This document shows, piece by piece, positions 22,736 to 32,395 of a DNA stretch of 56,539 bases; positions within the stretch are counted from its first letter, which is position 1; each line of letters begins with the position of its first letter. The DNA is from an uncultured virus (IMG/VR IMGVR_UViG_2061766007_000535). Its lineage: Duplodnaviria; Heunggongvirae; Uroviricota; Caudoviricetes. Below the pieces are notes generated by a model that had not been told where the DNA came from, searched no databases, and saw nothing but the letters and a program-made list of their open reading frames with translations. The position numbers and the translations under genes were made by a program. The stretch lies in IMG/VR virus record IMGVR_UViG_2061766007_000535; one strand, written 5' to 3'.

Positions 22736-23355
22736 NNNNNNNNNNNNNNNNNNNNNNNNNNNNNNNNNNNNNNNNNNNNNNNNNNNNNNNNNNNNNNNNN
22801 NNNNNNNNNNNNNNNNNNNNNNNNNNNNNNNNNNNNNNNNNNNNNNNNNNNNNNNNNNNNNNNNNNNNNNNNNNNNNNNNNNNNNNNNNNNNNNNNNNNN
22901 NNNNNNNNNNNNNNNNNNNNNNNNNNNNNNNNNNNNNNNNNNNNNNNNNNNNNNNNNNNNNNNNNNNNNNNNNNNNNNNNNNNNNNNNNNNNNNNNNNNN
23001 NNNNNNNNNNNNNNNNNNNNNNNNNNNNNNNNNNNNNNNNNNNNNNNNNNNNNNNNNNNNNNNNNNNNNNNNNNNNNNNNNNNNNNNNNNNNNNNNNNNN
23101 NNNNNNNNNNNNNNNNNNNNNNNNNNNNNNNNNNNNNNNNNNNNNNNNNNNNNNNNNNNNNNNNNNNNNNNNNNNNNNNNNNNNNNNNNNNNNNNNNNNN
23201 NNNNNNNNNNNNNNNNNNNNNNNNNNNNNNNNNNNNNNNNNNNNNNNNNNNNNNNNNNNNNNNNNNNNNNNNNNNNNNNNNNNNNNNNNNNNNNNNNNNN
23301 NNNNNNNNNNNNNNNNNNNNNNNNNNNNNNNNNNNNNNNNNNNNNNNNNNNNNNN

Positions 23356-24714
23356 TGTGGACGTACCGGAAGCGGTATTGGATGCGAAAGTCGAGGTCAC
23401 GGAGACCTGATAGACCGCGCCTGCGGAGGAGACGAAATTGGTGTTGGTGAGCGTGGTTCTGATGGACGTTCCGCCTGAGAGGATCTCCGCAAGAGGATTT
23501 CCCATTGCGTCGTAGGTTTTGGAGAGTCCGGGCTGACCTGAAACGAACGTGGAGACATGTCTCCCGAGGGTATCGTAGAACTGCGAGGCGCTGACGATGG
23601 TGTCGTAATCGAAAGACGGAGNNNNNNNNNNNNNNNNNNNNNNNNNNNNNNNNNNNNNNNNNNNNNNNNNNNNNNNNNNNNNNNNNNNNNNNNNNNNNNN
23701 NNNNAACCTGCATTGTGTAATCCGAGGTGTAGTACCAGGAGTGTTTCCTGACTGCGGCGGTTCCGNNNNNNNNNNACCCGTGCAGTTCCAGCTCGCGGAC
23801 GAGGTCTGCCCGTTGGCAAACACCGCCGAGGTGCGCTGATGCGTGAGGTTGTACTGGAACGAATCGGACCCGATGGACACGAACGCGCCGTTCGACAGGC
23901 AGACGAACCGCTCCTGTCCCACGAGGTCNNNNNNNNNNATTCCCACGAGGTGGTCTGTCCGGCAGGCTCGGTCGAGGAGACGACTCTGCCTTCCTGGTCG
24001 TAGACCGCGGAGGAGGACAGCGACAACCCGCCTCCGGTGACGGTGGTTTGAACGATGTTTCCGGCATGATCGAGCGTATAGTTTTCCGTGATCGTTCCGT
24101 TGGGCGAGGACGTGACTTTGCCGATGCAGCGTTTCAGGCCGTCGTACTGGTATGTGGTCGTCACACCGTCGACGCTGATCTCNNNNNNNNNNATGTCCCG
24201 CAGGATCGACCGAGGAGATGACTCTGCCTTCCTGGTCGTAGACCGCGGAGGAGGACAGCGACAATCCGTTGCTGCCGGTGACAGTGGTCTGAACGATGTT
24301 TCCGGCATAATCGAGCGTATAGCTTTCCGTGATCGTCCCGTTGGGCGAGGACGTGACTTTGCCGATGCAGCGCTTCAGGCCGTCATACTGGTATGTGGTC
24401 GTCACGCCGTCAACGCTGACTTCCGAGGTCGGGCCCGTGCAGTTCCAGCTCGCGGACGAGGTCTGCCCGTTGGCGAACACCGCCGAGGTGCGCTGATGCG
24501 TGAGGTTGTACTGGAACGAGTCGGACCCGATGGAGACGAACGCGCCGTTCGACAGGCAGACGAACCGCTCCTGTCCCACGAGGTCGCCGCAGACATTGTA
24601 ACTGTTGACCCGGCGGACGCTTTTGCCCGGCAGCGTGGCGAACGCGCCGTTGCTGCAGTAGCCCTCCGTAGCGGATTCCGTGAAGATCGTACCGGACGAC
24701 GGCATCCCGCTGAC
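23356..24714 (-). CDS. RHS/YD-repeat shell fragments (at least two alleles)
   Basis: YDTLGR, YDAMGN, YDGLKR, YDQEGRV repeats. Confidence 0.85.
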
Positions 24715-24724
24715 NNNNNNNNNN

Positions 24725-25535
24725 CACTGCGCCGACCACCTGCGCGGTCGGCGACATGTACTTCAATAGTACATCCGGCAACCTCAAAATCTACACGGCG
24801 ACGGCGACCAATACCTGGGGAACGACCGGCGCAACGCCTGAGGTTGGCAAAATCTACGTCAACCTCGCGGACTCCAAGATTTACCGCTGGTCCGGCTCCG
24901 CGATGGTGGAAATCTCGAAGCAGGTCTCCACCGTCACGAGTGTTCGGGCAACATCGTCCGCGCTCGATACAGTTGTCCCGACCGAAAAAGCTGTCGCCTC
25001 CGCCCTCGCAGGCAAGGCGGCAAGCTCCCACACGCACAGCATNNNNNNNNNNTGCGCTCGACACCGTCGTCCCGACTGAAAAGGCCGTCGCCACCGCCCT
25101 CGCAGGCAAGGCGGCAAGCTCCCACACGCACAGCATTTCCAATGTTTCCGGCCTGCAGGACGCCCTTGACGCCAAGCAGGGAACTCTGACCGCAGGGACG
25201 AACATCAGCATCTCCAACGGCACGGTCAGCAACACCTACAGTTATTCTCTGCCGACTGCTTCGAGCTCGACCAAAGGCGGCGTCAAGGTCGGTTCCGGCC
25301 TCAGCATCGCAAGCGAGGTTCTGTCCGTCAATACCGGCTCCACCTCGGCAAAAGGTATCCTGCAGGTCGATGAAACCGCATCCAACGGCATCAAGATCGC
25401 CGTGACCAGCGGCACCATCAGTGCCGTCGCCGTNNNNNNNNNNGCCTCGGCAAAAGGCATTCTGCAGGTCGATGAGACCGCATCTAACGGCATCAAGATC
25501 GCCGTGACCAGCGGCACCATCAGTGCCGTCGCCGT
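24725..25535 (+). CDS. Allele fragments of the 6241 tail fibre
   Basis: GDMYFNSTSGNLKIY...YRWSGSAMVEIS; diverges after TYSYSLP. Confidence 0.8.
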
Positions 25536-26015
25536 NNNNNNNNNNNNNNNNNNNNNNNNNNNNNNNNNNNNNNNNNNNNNNNNNNNNNNNNNNNNNNNNN
25601 NNNNNNNNNNNNNNNNNNNNNNNNNNNNNNNNNNNNNNNNNNNNNNNNNNNNNNNNNNNNNNNNNNNNNNNNNNNNNNNNNNNNNNNNNNNNNNNNNNNN
25701 NNNNNNNNNNNNNNNNNNNNNNNNNNNNNNNNNNNNNNNNNNNNNNNNNNNNNNNNNNNNNNNNNNNNNNNNNNNNNNNNNNNNNNNNNNNNNNNNNNNN
25801 NNNNNNNNNNNNNNNNNNNNNNNNNNNNNNNNNNNNNNNNNNNNNNNNNNNNNNNNNNNNNNNNNNNNNNNNNNNNNNNNNNNNNNNNNNNNNNNNNNNN
25901 NNNNNNNNNNNNNNNNNNNNNNNNNNNNNNNNNNNNNNNNNNNNNNNNNNNNNNNNNNNNNNNNNNNNNNNNNNNNNNNNNNNNNNNNNNNNNNNNNNNN
26001 NNNNNNNNNNNNNNN

Positions 26016-26606
26016 TACGGCTTCAGCAAGATCCTTTGTTACGCCATCGCCATCGTAATAGCAACCACCAAGATTGAATTGCGCACTGGCATGTCCCTGA
26101 TCAGCTGCTTTGCGGAACCAATTCACAGCTTCAGCAAGATCCTTTGTCACGCCATCGCCGAATTCGTAGCAAACACCAAGGTGGAATTGCGCGCTGGCAT
26201 GTCCCTGATCTGCTGCTTTGCGGAACCATTTTACGGCTTCAGAGTCATCTTTTGTAATATACTCATCATCGTTGTAAAACTCGCCGAGTTGATTCTGAGC
26301 TACTGGGTTCCCACGTTCTGCTGCCCTTGTTAATTCTATTGCATTCTCTAAATGATTCATCTGCGCCGAGGCATCGGCAAATCCCTGTTCAGCAGCTTTG
26401 CGGAACCATTTCACGGCTTCGGCAAAGTCTTTTGTCACGACTGTGCCGGATTCGTAACAAAAACCAAGGTCGTATTGCGCTCTGGCATTTCCCTGATCTG
26501 CTGCTTTTCGATACCATTTCACAGCTTCGGAGAGGTCTTTGGTCACACCCTTGCCATTCACATAGCAAAGGCCGAGGTTGAGTTGCGCATCGGCAAATCC
26601 CTGTTC
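26016..26606 (-). CDS. Sel1-like repeat protein fragment
   Basis: AVKWFRKAADQGHASAQFHLGVCYEFGDGVTKD repeats. Confidence 0.9.
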
Positions 26607-28357
26607 AGGGTCCTGAGCGGAGGCAGCGCGAAACGGATTACCGTCACATCCGGCAACTTCACGGTATCATCCGGTGGTGCCGCCACGGACATGAACTGGA
26701 ACAGTCCGGGCATCATGTACATTCCTGGAGGCCACGTTCAATATGTGGACTGCCGGAAAGGCAGCATCGAAGTGCAGAAAGGCGGGCATCTGGAACACGT
26801 GACGGCAAGCACGGGATGTCTCCTGTTCGTATCGTCAGGCGGTACGGCCACCAGCATCGTGGAGTACGGCGGATATGTTCGCGTTCCGACCGGAGCTGTC
26901 GGGCAGTTCGAGCAGACCGTGATCCCGAATCTCGCTCTCTCGGCCTCCCAGTCCGCGACCGTCCACAGCGGGAATGCGGTCAGCAACGCCACCATTTCGA
27001 GCGGTGGCTCGCTTCATGTGTTCGAGGGCGGACAGCTGACGGGACAATGCAGTGTTCTGAACGGCGGAAGCATGGTTCTGTACANNNNNNNNNNGCGGGT
27101 TTCCATTGACAATTTGGTCGATGTCGCGGGCGGTACGACGGCCGTGCAGGTTCCGACGCTGGACAGCGACGGACATGTCGCAAGGCAGTTCCTGCCGGAA
27201 ACCATGTCCTTGCTGGACAGTGACGGACGCATCGACAGCCGCTATCTTCCGCCCGACTTCTTTCCTCCTGCGGCGAGAGTCACGGTGAGCGGCACGGTCT
27301 ATGTTTCGTCCGGGGCTCTGCTTAGAGACGTGGAGGAGACCTCCGGTTTCATCCGTGTTCTGAGCGGAGGAAGCGCGAAACGGATCACCGTCACATCCGG
27401 CAACTTCACGGTGTCATCCGGAGGGGCCGCTACCGACATGACTTGGAAGAGTCCCGGCATCATGTACATCCCTGGTGGCCACGTTCAGTATGTGGACTGC
27501 GGGAAAGGAACCATTGAGGTTCAGCGAGGCGGGCATCTGGAACATGTGACGGCAAACACAGGATGTCTCCTGTTCGTTTCGTCAGGCGGAACAGCCACCG
27601 ATATCGTCGAATACGGCGGATATATTCGTGTCCCGACTGGGGCTGTCGGTCAGTTCGTTTCGACCGTCATTCCGAATCTCGCTCTTTCGGCCTCCCAGTC
27701 CGCGACNNNNNNNNNNTTTCGAGAAGCGGCAATGCCGTCGTCTCGTACACACTAACCGTGTCGGAAGACCAGCCGTCCGGGGTGTATGCCCTTGGCGGAA
27801 ACTGCTCCTCATGGAATACGCAGCTGCANNNNNNNNNNGACCGGGCAATGCAGTGTTCTGAACGGTGGAAGCATGGTTCTATACAACGGAGCCGTCCTGG
27901 ATTTTCGTATTTCGGACATGTCTCCGGGAGACACGGCCAGNNNNNNNNNNTAAGTCCTCGGCTGGAGATAACCTGTATCCACTGGCATCTCTCGACAATC
28001 TGGTGGATGTCGTCGGCGGCACGACAGCCGTGCNNNNNNNNNNGCGGGGCCAATCTGGATTTCCGAATTGCGGACATGTCTCCGGGGGACACGGCCAGAT
28101 TCAACGATATAACGAAAATCACGAGGAGCAACAACGCCGTGGTCACGTACATCCTGACCGTGTCGGAGAACCAGCCGTCCGGGGTGTATGCCCTTGGCGG
28201 CAACTGCTCCTCTTGGAATACGGTACTGCAGGTGCGGACGGATGACGGAGTTAGCCTCGGAACCCTCGCATTGAACGGATCACTTACGGCCTATGGCGCG
28301 GTTTACACGCTGTCGATCATCGACAATGTTCTTTCCGTGACTGTTAGCCGTTCATAA
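26607..28357 (+). CDS. AIDA-like fibre/adhesin, multiple allele fragments
   Basis: Same protein as 7550 and 13380; last fragment ends LSVTVSRS-stop. Confidence 0.75.
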
Positions 28358-28381
28358 CCAAAACACAGAAGGAATTTTCTC

Positions 28382-28569
28382 ATGGCAGAAAACAAGAAAG
28401 TTCAAATCAAAAATACTGGAGGCGATGCGCTGTATCCGCGGACGGCCGCGGAGAACATCGTGAACGTTCCAGGCGGCACCATGAACGTGTTCATGTACCT
28501 TAATGGATACGGCAATGAAAATCAGTTCCCCGATCCCTACAAGGGCGACAGATACTTCGACTCTGCTAC
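28382..28569 (+). CDS. Fibre/RBP N-terminus, variant
   Basis: MAENKKVQIKNTGGDALYPRTAAENIV; AAGGA SD. Confidence 0.7.
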
Positions 28570-28579
28570 NNNNNNNNNN

Positions 28580-29169
28580 ACACGGGATGTCTCCTGTTCG
28601 TTTCATCCGGAGGAACGGCCACCAATATCGTGGAGTACGGCGGATACGTTCGTGTCCCGACCGGGGCTGTCGGTCAGTTCGAGCAGACTGTGATCCCGGA
28701 TTTGGTTCTCTCGGCATCTCAGTCGGCGACGATCCACAGCGGGAACCATGTCAGCAATGCCACCATTTCGAGCGGAGGTTCGCTTCATGTCTTCGAGGGC
28801 GGACAGCTGACAGGACAATGCACCGTTCTGAATGGCGGAAGTATGGTTATGTACCACGAATCCATTTTGGATTTTCGTATTGCGGACATATCTCCCGGAG
28901 AAGTGCCGAGATTCAACGATATGACAAAAATCACGAAGAGCGGCAACGCCACCGTCACATACACGCTAACGGTAGCAGAGGATCAGCCATCTGGGGATTA
29001 TGCCCTTGGAGCGAATTGCTCTTCGTGGTCTGTTCCGTTACAGGTACGGACCGAAGACGGAACGAACATCGGCAGTCTCGAATTGAACAGGACTCTTTCG
29101 GTAAACGGCATGGTATTCGCTTTGTCCGTAAAGGAAAATGTCCTTACCGTGTCCATCAGTCGGCTTTAA
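28580..29169 (+). CDS. AIDA-like fibre/adhesin C-terminal half, divergent allele
   Basis: YTLTVAEDQPSGDYALG...LTVSISRL-stop. Confidence 0.75.
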
Positions 29170-29208
29170 CATTACTCCTCAGACGGAGAACAACATAGGA
29201 ATTCTTAC

Positions 29209-29960
29209 ATGGCAGACAAGAAAGTTCAAATCAAAAACACTGGCGGGGACGCTCTGTATCCGCGGACATCCCTCGAAAACCTTGTGTCGGTTGTCGGCAG
29301 TACAACGCATGCGTTTCTGTGGCTGAACGAGATTACCGACAATCCGTATTCTGACCCCGAAGTCGGAAACACCTACTTCTCTCCCACTGAGCAGAAGGTG
29401 TATCAGTGCGTGACCCTGGGAACATGGGCTGGGAAGAAGACTATACCGTGGGACACCAATACGCTTTTCCTCCTGGCTGACGGGATTTACAAATACGTTG
29501 GCGGCGAGGACACTCTGCGCCCGGCGATCTTCTCTTTGGTCGACAACTCAGCCACGAACGGCGTTTCCCTCCAGGGGGGTACGAATGGCATCACCATGAA
29601 GGCGATCGCGTCTTCCGCAACCGCAAACCAGTTCGGCACTGTGAAAACCGATGCGACCGTTACCAATGGGGCCTCTCTCGTCAACACGAACGGCTCGATC
29701 AAGGCGACGGTCTCCTCGGCTACGACCACTCAGCTCGGTACGGTGAAAGTCTCGACTACCGCATCCAATGGTGTTGCCCTTGCCATTGCAAACGGTGCAG
29801 TCAGCGCAACGCAGACCTTCGCCACAAATGCAGAAGCCTCTGCCGGAACGATCACCTCGAAAGGTGTCACGCCCGCAGGTATGAAGAATGCCATGACGTG
29901 GACCGCCATTCAGGACAAAGGCACATCGAATACGGTGACACTGGCTCCGGGCGGGGTGTT
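29209..29960 (+). CDS. Fibre/RBP N-terminal part (beta-helix type)
   Basis: MADKKVQIKNTGGDALYPR...; overlaps in sequence with the 32396..34462 protein. Confidence 0.8.
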
Positions 29961-29970
29961 NNNNNNNNNN

Positions 29971-30140
29971 CTCGGAACGCTCACATTGAACGGATCACTC
30001 GCGGCAAACGGCATGGTGTTCTCTTTGTCGATCATCGATAATGAGCTCTCCGTGACGGTCAGCCATTCAAACCAATAACAGAAGGATTTTTTACATGGCA
30101 GAAAACAAGAAAGTCCAAATCAAGAATACAGGCGGCGATG
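29971..30140 (+). CDS. AIDA-like gene end (stop 30078) and next fibre start (ATG 30095)
   Basis: LSVTVSHSNQ-stop, then MAENKKVQIKNTGGD. Confidence 0.65.
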
Positions 30141-30372
30141 NNNNNNNNNNTCGAAAAGTCAAGTTTTATTTCGGGAAATATCCAAAAAAGAATAATCCCA
30201 CTTTGCTCTGCCGTCTTGAATTTCGATTTTGCCAATCAAGGGCCAGTTATGCCGATTTGGCCGAGTTAACATAGGTGGTCGCATTTTCTAATAGGTCTAT
30301 CCGACGTATCACGCGACACATAGCCCTCTGTGTGCAGAAATAGCCCGCTGTCGCGCGGGCGTTGGTTCCGGA

Positions 30373-30783
30373 TTATTCGAATCCGAGGTGTTTCCTGATC
30401 ACATTGTAAACTTCTGCTTCGACCACTTTTTCGAGATTGTTCGCGTTCGGACATTTGCTGCCCCTTTCGTTCACGAAGTGCCTGGCAACTTTTTTTGCCC
30501 ATTCTTTCAGTATGGCATCGTTCGCGGTCGCCCGGCTAAGATATTCCGCCTTGATTTTTTCTTCAAGTTTTATCAGGACAAGGTCGGTCGCAAGCTTCAT
30601 CCCTCTTCTGTAGAGTTTCCAGCCTTTGTCCAAATCCTTATCGGGAATCTTGCACATGGCTTCTGCGAGGTCGTCCATAAAACCGTCCGCGCTTCGCATC
30701 TCAAGTCTTTTCATAATTCCTTCGAGGTGGAGCATTTTCTTGTGGACTCTTGCGGTCAGCTTGTCGATGTTTTCCTGTTTCAT
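30373..30783 (-). CDS. Hypothetical helical protein (136 aa)
   Basis: Intact ORF, GGAG SD, preceded by a GC hairpin at 30805-30831. Confidence 0.7.
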   Translation of the reverse strand: MKQENIDKLTARVHKKMLHLEGIMKRLEMRSADGFMDDLAEAMCKIPDKDLDKGWKLYRRGMKLATDLVLIKLEEKIKAEYLSRATANDAILKEWAKKVARHFVNERGSKCPNANNLEKVVEAEVYNVIRKHLGFE

Positions 30784-30840
30784 TTTGTTCTCCGTTTGTG
30801 GTTTTGGGAACCCGCCGTTCGGCGGGCTCCCGTTTGATGT

Positions 30841-31158
30841 TCAGGCTTTGAGGTAGAGTTCTTCACCGCGACTCCAGATTCCGAGGATGCAGGACTGGCA
30901 GAGCCAGCCGAGGTCGATTTCTTCTTGGAGTTCGCTTTCGGGGAAGTTTTCTCCGCACCATTCGCATTTGTGCCACTCCTCGCCGTCTGCTATCCATTCG
31001 CATGTTCCGTTGGGGGCGGTGATGTTGGTGAGGTAATCTTCGAAGGTCTCGGCTTCTGTTTCCCCCAGGCCTTTCAGGATTGCGTACTCGATTCTGATTT
31101 CGATGAGGCTCAGCTCTTCGCCGGTCTCGCGGTCTCTGATGACTTTTTCGTCGTCCAT
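30841..31158 (-). CDS. Small acidic zinc-ribbon protein (105 aa)
   Basis: CEWC...CQSC; GGAGG SD. Confidence 0.75.
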   Translation of the reverse strand: MDDEKVIRDRETGEELSLIEIRIEYAILKGLGETEAETFEDYLTNITAPNGTCEWIADGEEWHKCEWCGENFPESELQEEIDLGWLCQSCILGIWSRGEELYLKA

Positions 31159-31224
31159 TTTGTGCCTCCGTCTTGGTTGGCGTTTTCGGTTCGTTCGCGG
31201 CTCGGCCTTCCTTGCCGCTCTACA

Positions 31225-31540
31225 CCATTTAATTAAGCGTGAAAATCGTTAATAGCCAGTCGTTTTTCGATTAAATATCGATTATTAATCGCTTTTTATT
31301 CGTGCAGGAAGTGAGTGTATTTTGGATTGTCAATTTTGGCGATCTTTTGGCAGAGCATGAAATAGAAATATGTCAAGTCGAAAACGAAAGAATTATCGAA
31401 CATTCTCCCGTAATGCGAAAAACAGAAAGTCAAGTCGATTTCCGAAGAAATATCGAAAAAAGATTCGAGAAAAGAAAATGGCAAAGTCGCCGTGAGTTTT
31501 GCCGGGTTATGTTTTTATAGAAAAGACAAGTGGTTTTTCT
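31225..31540 (-). promoter_or_regulatory. Tandem array of -35-like boxes
   Basis: Minus strand: cacTTGTCT, cgacTTTGCC, cgacTTGACT, cgacTTGACA, TTGACA, cgaCTGGCT at ~45-75 bp spacing. Confidence 0.55.
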
Positions 31541-31763
31541 GAAAAAATGAGGAGTAAAAATTGGAGCCTTTGCTCGGCCAGGTCCGTTTCGATTTATGCC
31601 AAAGAATGCGAAGTTACGGCTTTTGAGCCGAGGTTGGCCCCTGGGCAGGATGCCCCTAATCCAATCGTTTATGCTTTGCGCGAAACATAGCCCAAAGTCT
31701 GCGACCGTTGGCAACGTGTTGAAGAGAGAGAATCACGTTTTTCATAAAAATGGGATTGTGTAC

Positions 31764-31792
31764 TTGCAAAAACTGGAACGCCAGTGTATATT
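31764..31792 (+). promoter_or_regulatory. sigma70 promoter of the moron gene
   Basis: TTGCAA-17-TATATT. Confidence 0.65.
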
Positions 31793-31812
31793 TCTGTAAC
31801 AAGGAGGCAATC

Positions 31813-31989
31813 ATGGAGTCTAATACCGGCGCATTAATTTGGCTGATTTGTCTTTTCCTTTTCTTTGCAGTCGTTTCTTTTTTGGGCTTCTATCATGGTT
31901 CGGTCACTGTAGGAGCTGCGGGTATTATTTTGATTCTTTATTTTGCCGGCATCCTTATTCAAACCAACGAAAGATTCAAAAAGAAATAG
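31813..31989 (+). CDS. 58-aa two-TM membrane protein (moron)
   Basis: AAGGAGG SD; two hydrophobic helices and a basic tail. Confidence 0.75.
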   Translation: MESNTGALIWLICLFLFFAVVSFLGFYHGSVTVGAAGIILILYFAGILIQTNERFKKK

Positions 31990-32395
31990 TTGCATCCCCT
32001 GCCGTAGTAGCTAAAAAAAAGACCAGGCCTAACCGAGGTCAGACCTGGACGGAAAGAAAAGCCCGGCAAGGTTGGGCTTGCCCGAAAACAGGCAGAGGCC
32101 TAGCCGGGAAACATGTTCGTCACTCGCCTTCTGTATATTCCTCCGCGAAGAACTTGCCGGGAATAATCCCGTGCTCATGACAGCTCACAAGAGGGCGGCG
32201 GATNNNNNNNNNNTGCTGGCACCATCGCCTCCGCAGGTGCTTATGGTGCGGATGCCAGACTTGAAGTGTATGTCGGAAACAATCCGGTTTCGGCTGTGTC
32301 TCCGCTCATCCTGGCAGACTCTTTGACACCCAACGCGGGAAACAACTGCGTTGTCAAATATCGAGGCGGGTTTGCTTACCTGTANNNNNNNNNNA

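Noticed and set aside
22451..26077. Long ORFs spanning N runs
   Set aside because: Artefacts of translating through gaps.
26590..26625. Gap-free Sel1/AIDA-like junction as a real fusion
   Set aside because: Opposite strands, both genes truncated mid-frame; likely a chimera or misassembly, though reads should be checked.
31596..31799. Conserved small ORF MPKNA...RGWPLGRMPL (also 37669..37896)
   Set aside because: No SD, and substitutions are mostly non-synonymous with unrelated C-termini; treated as conserved non-coding DNA.
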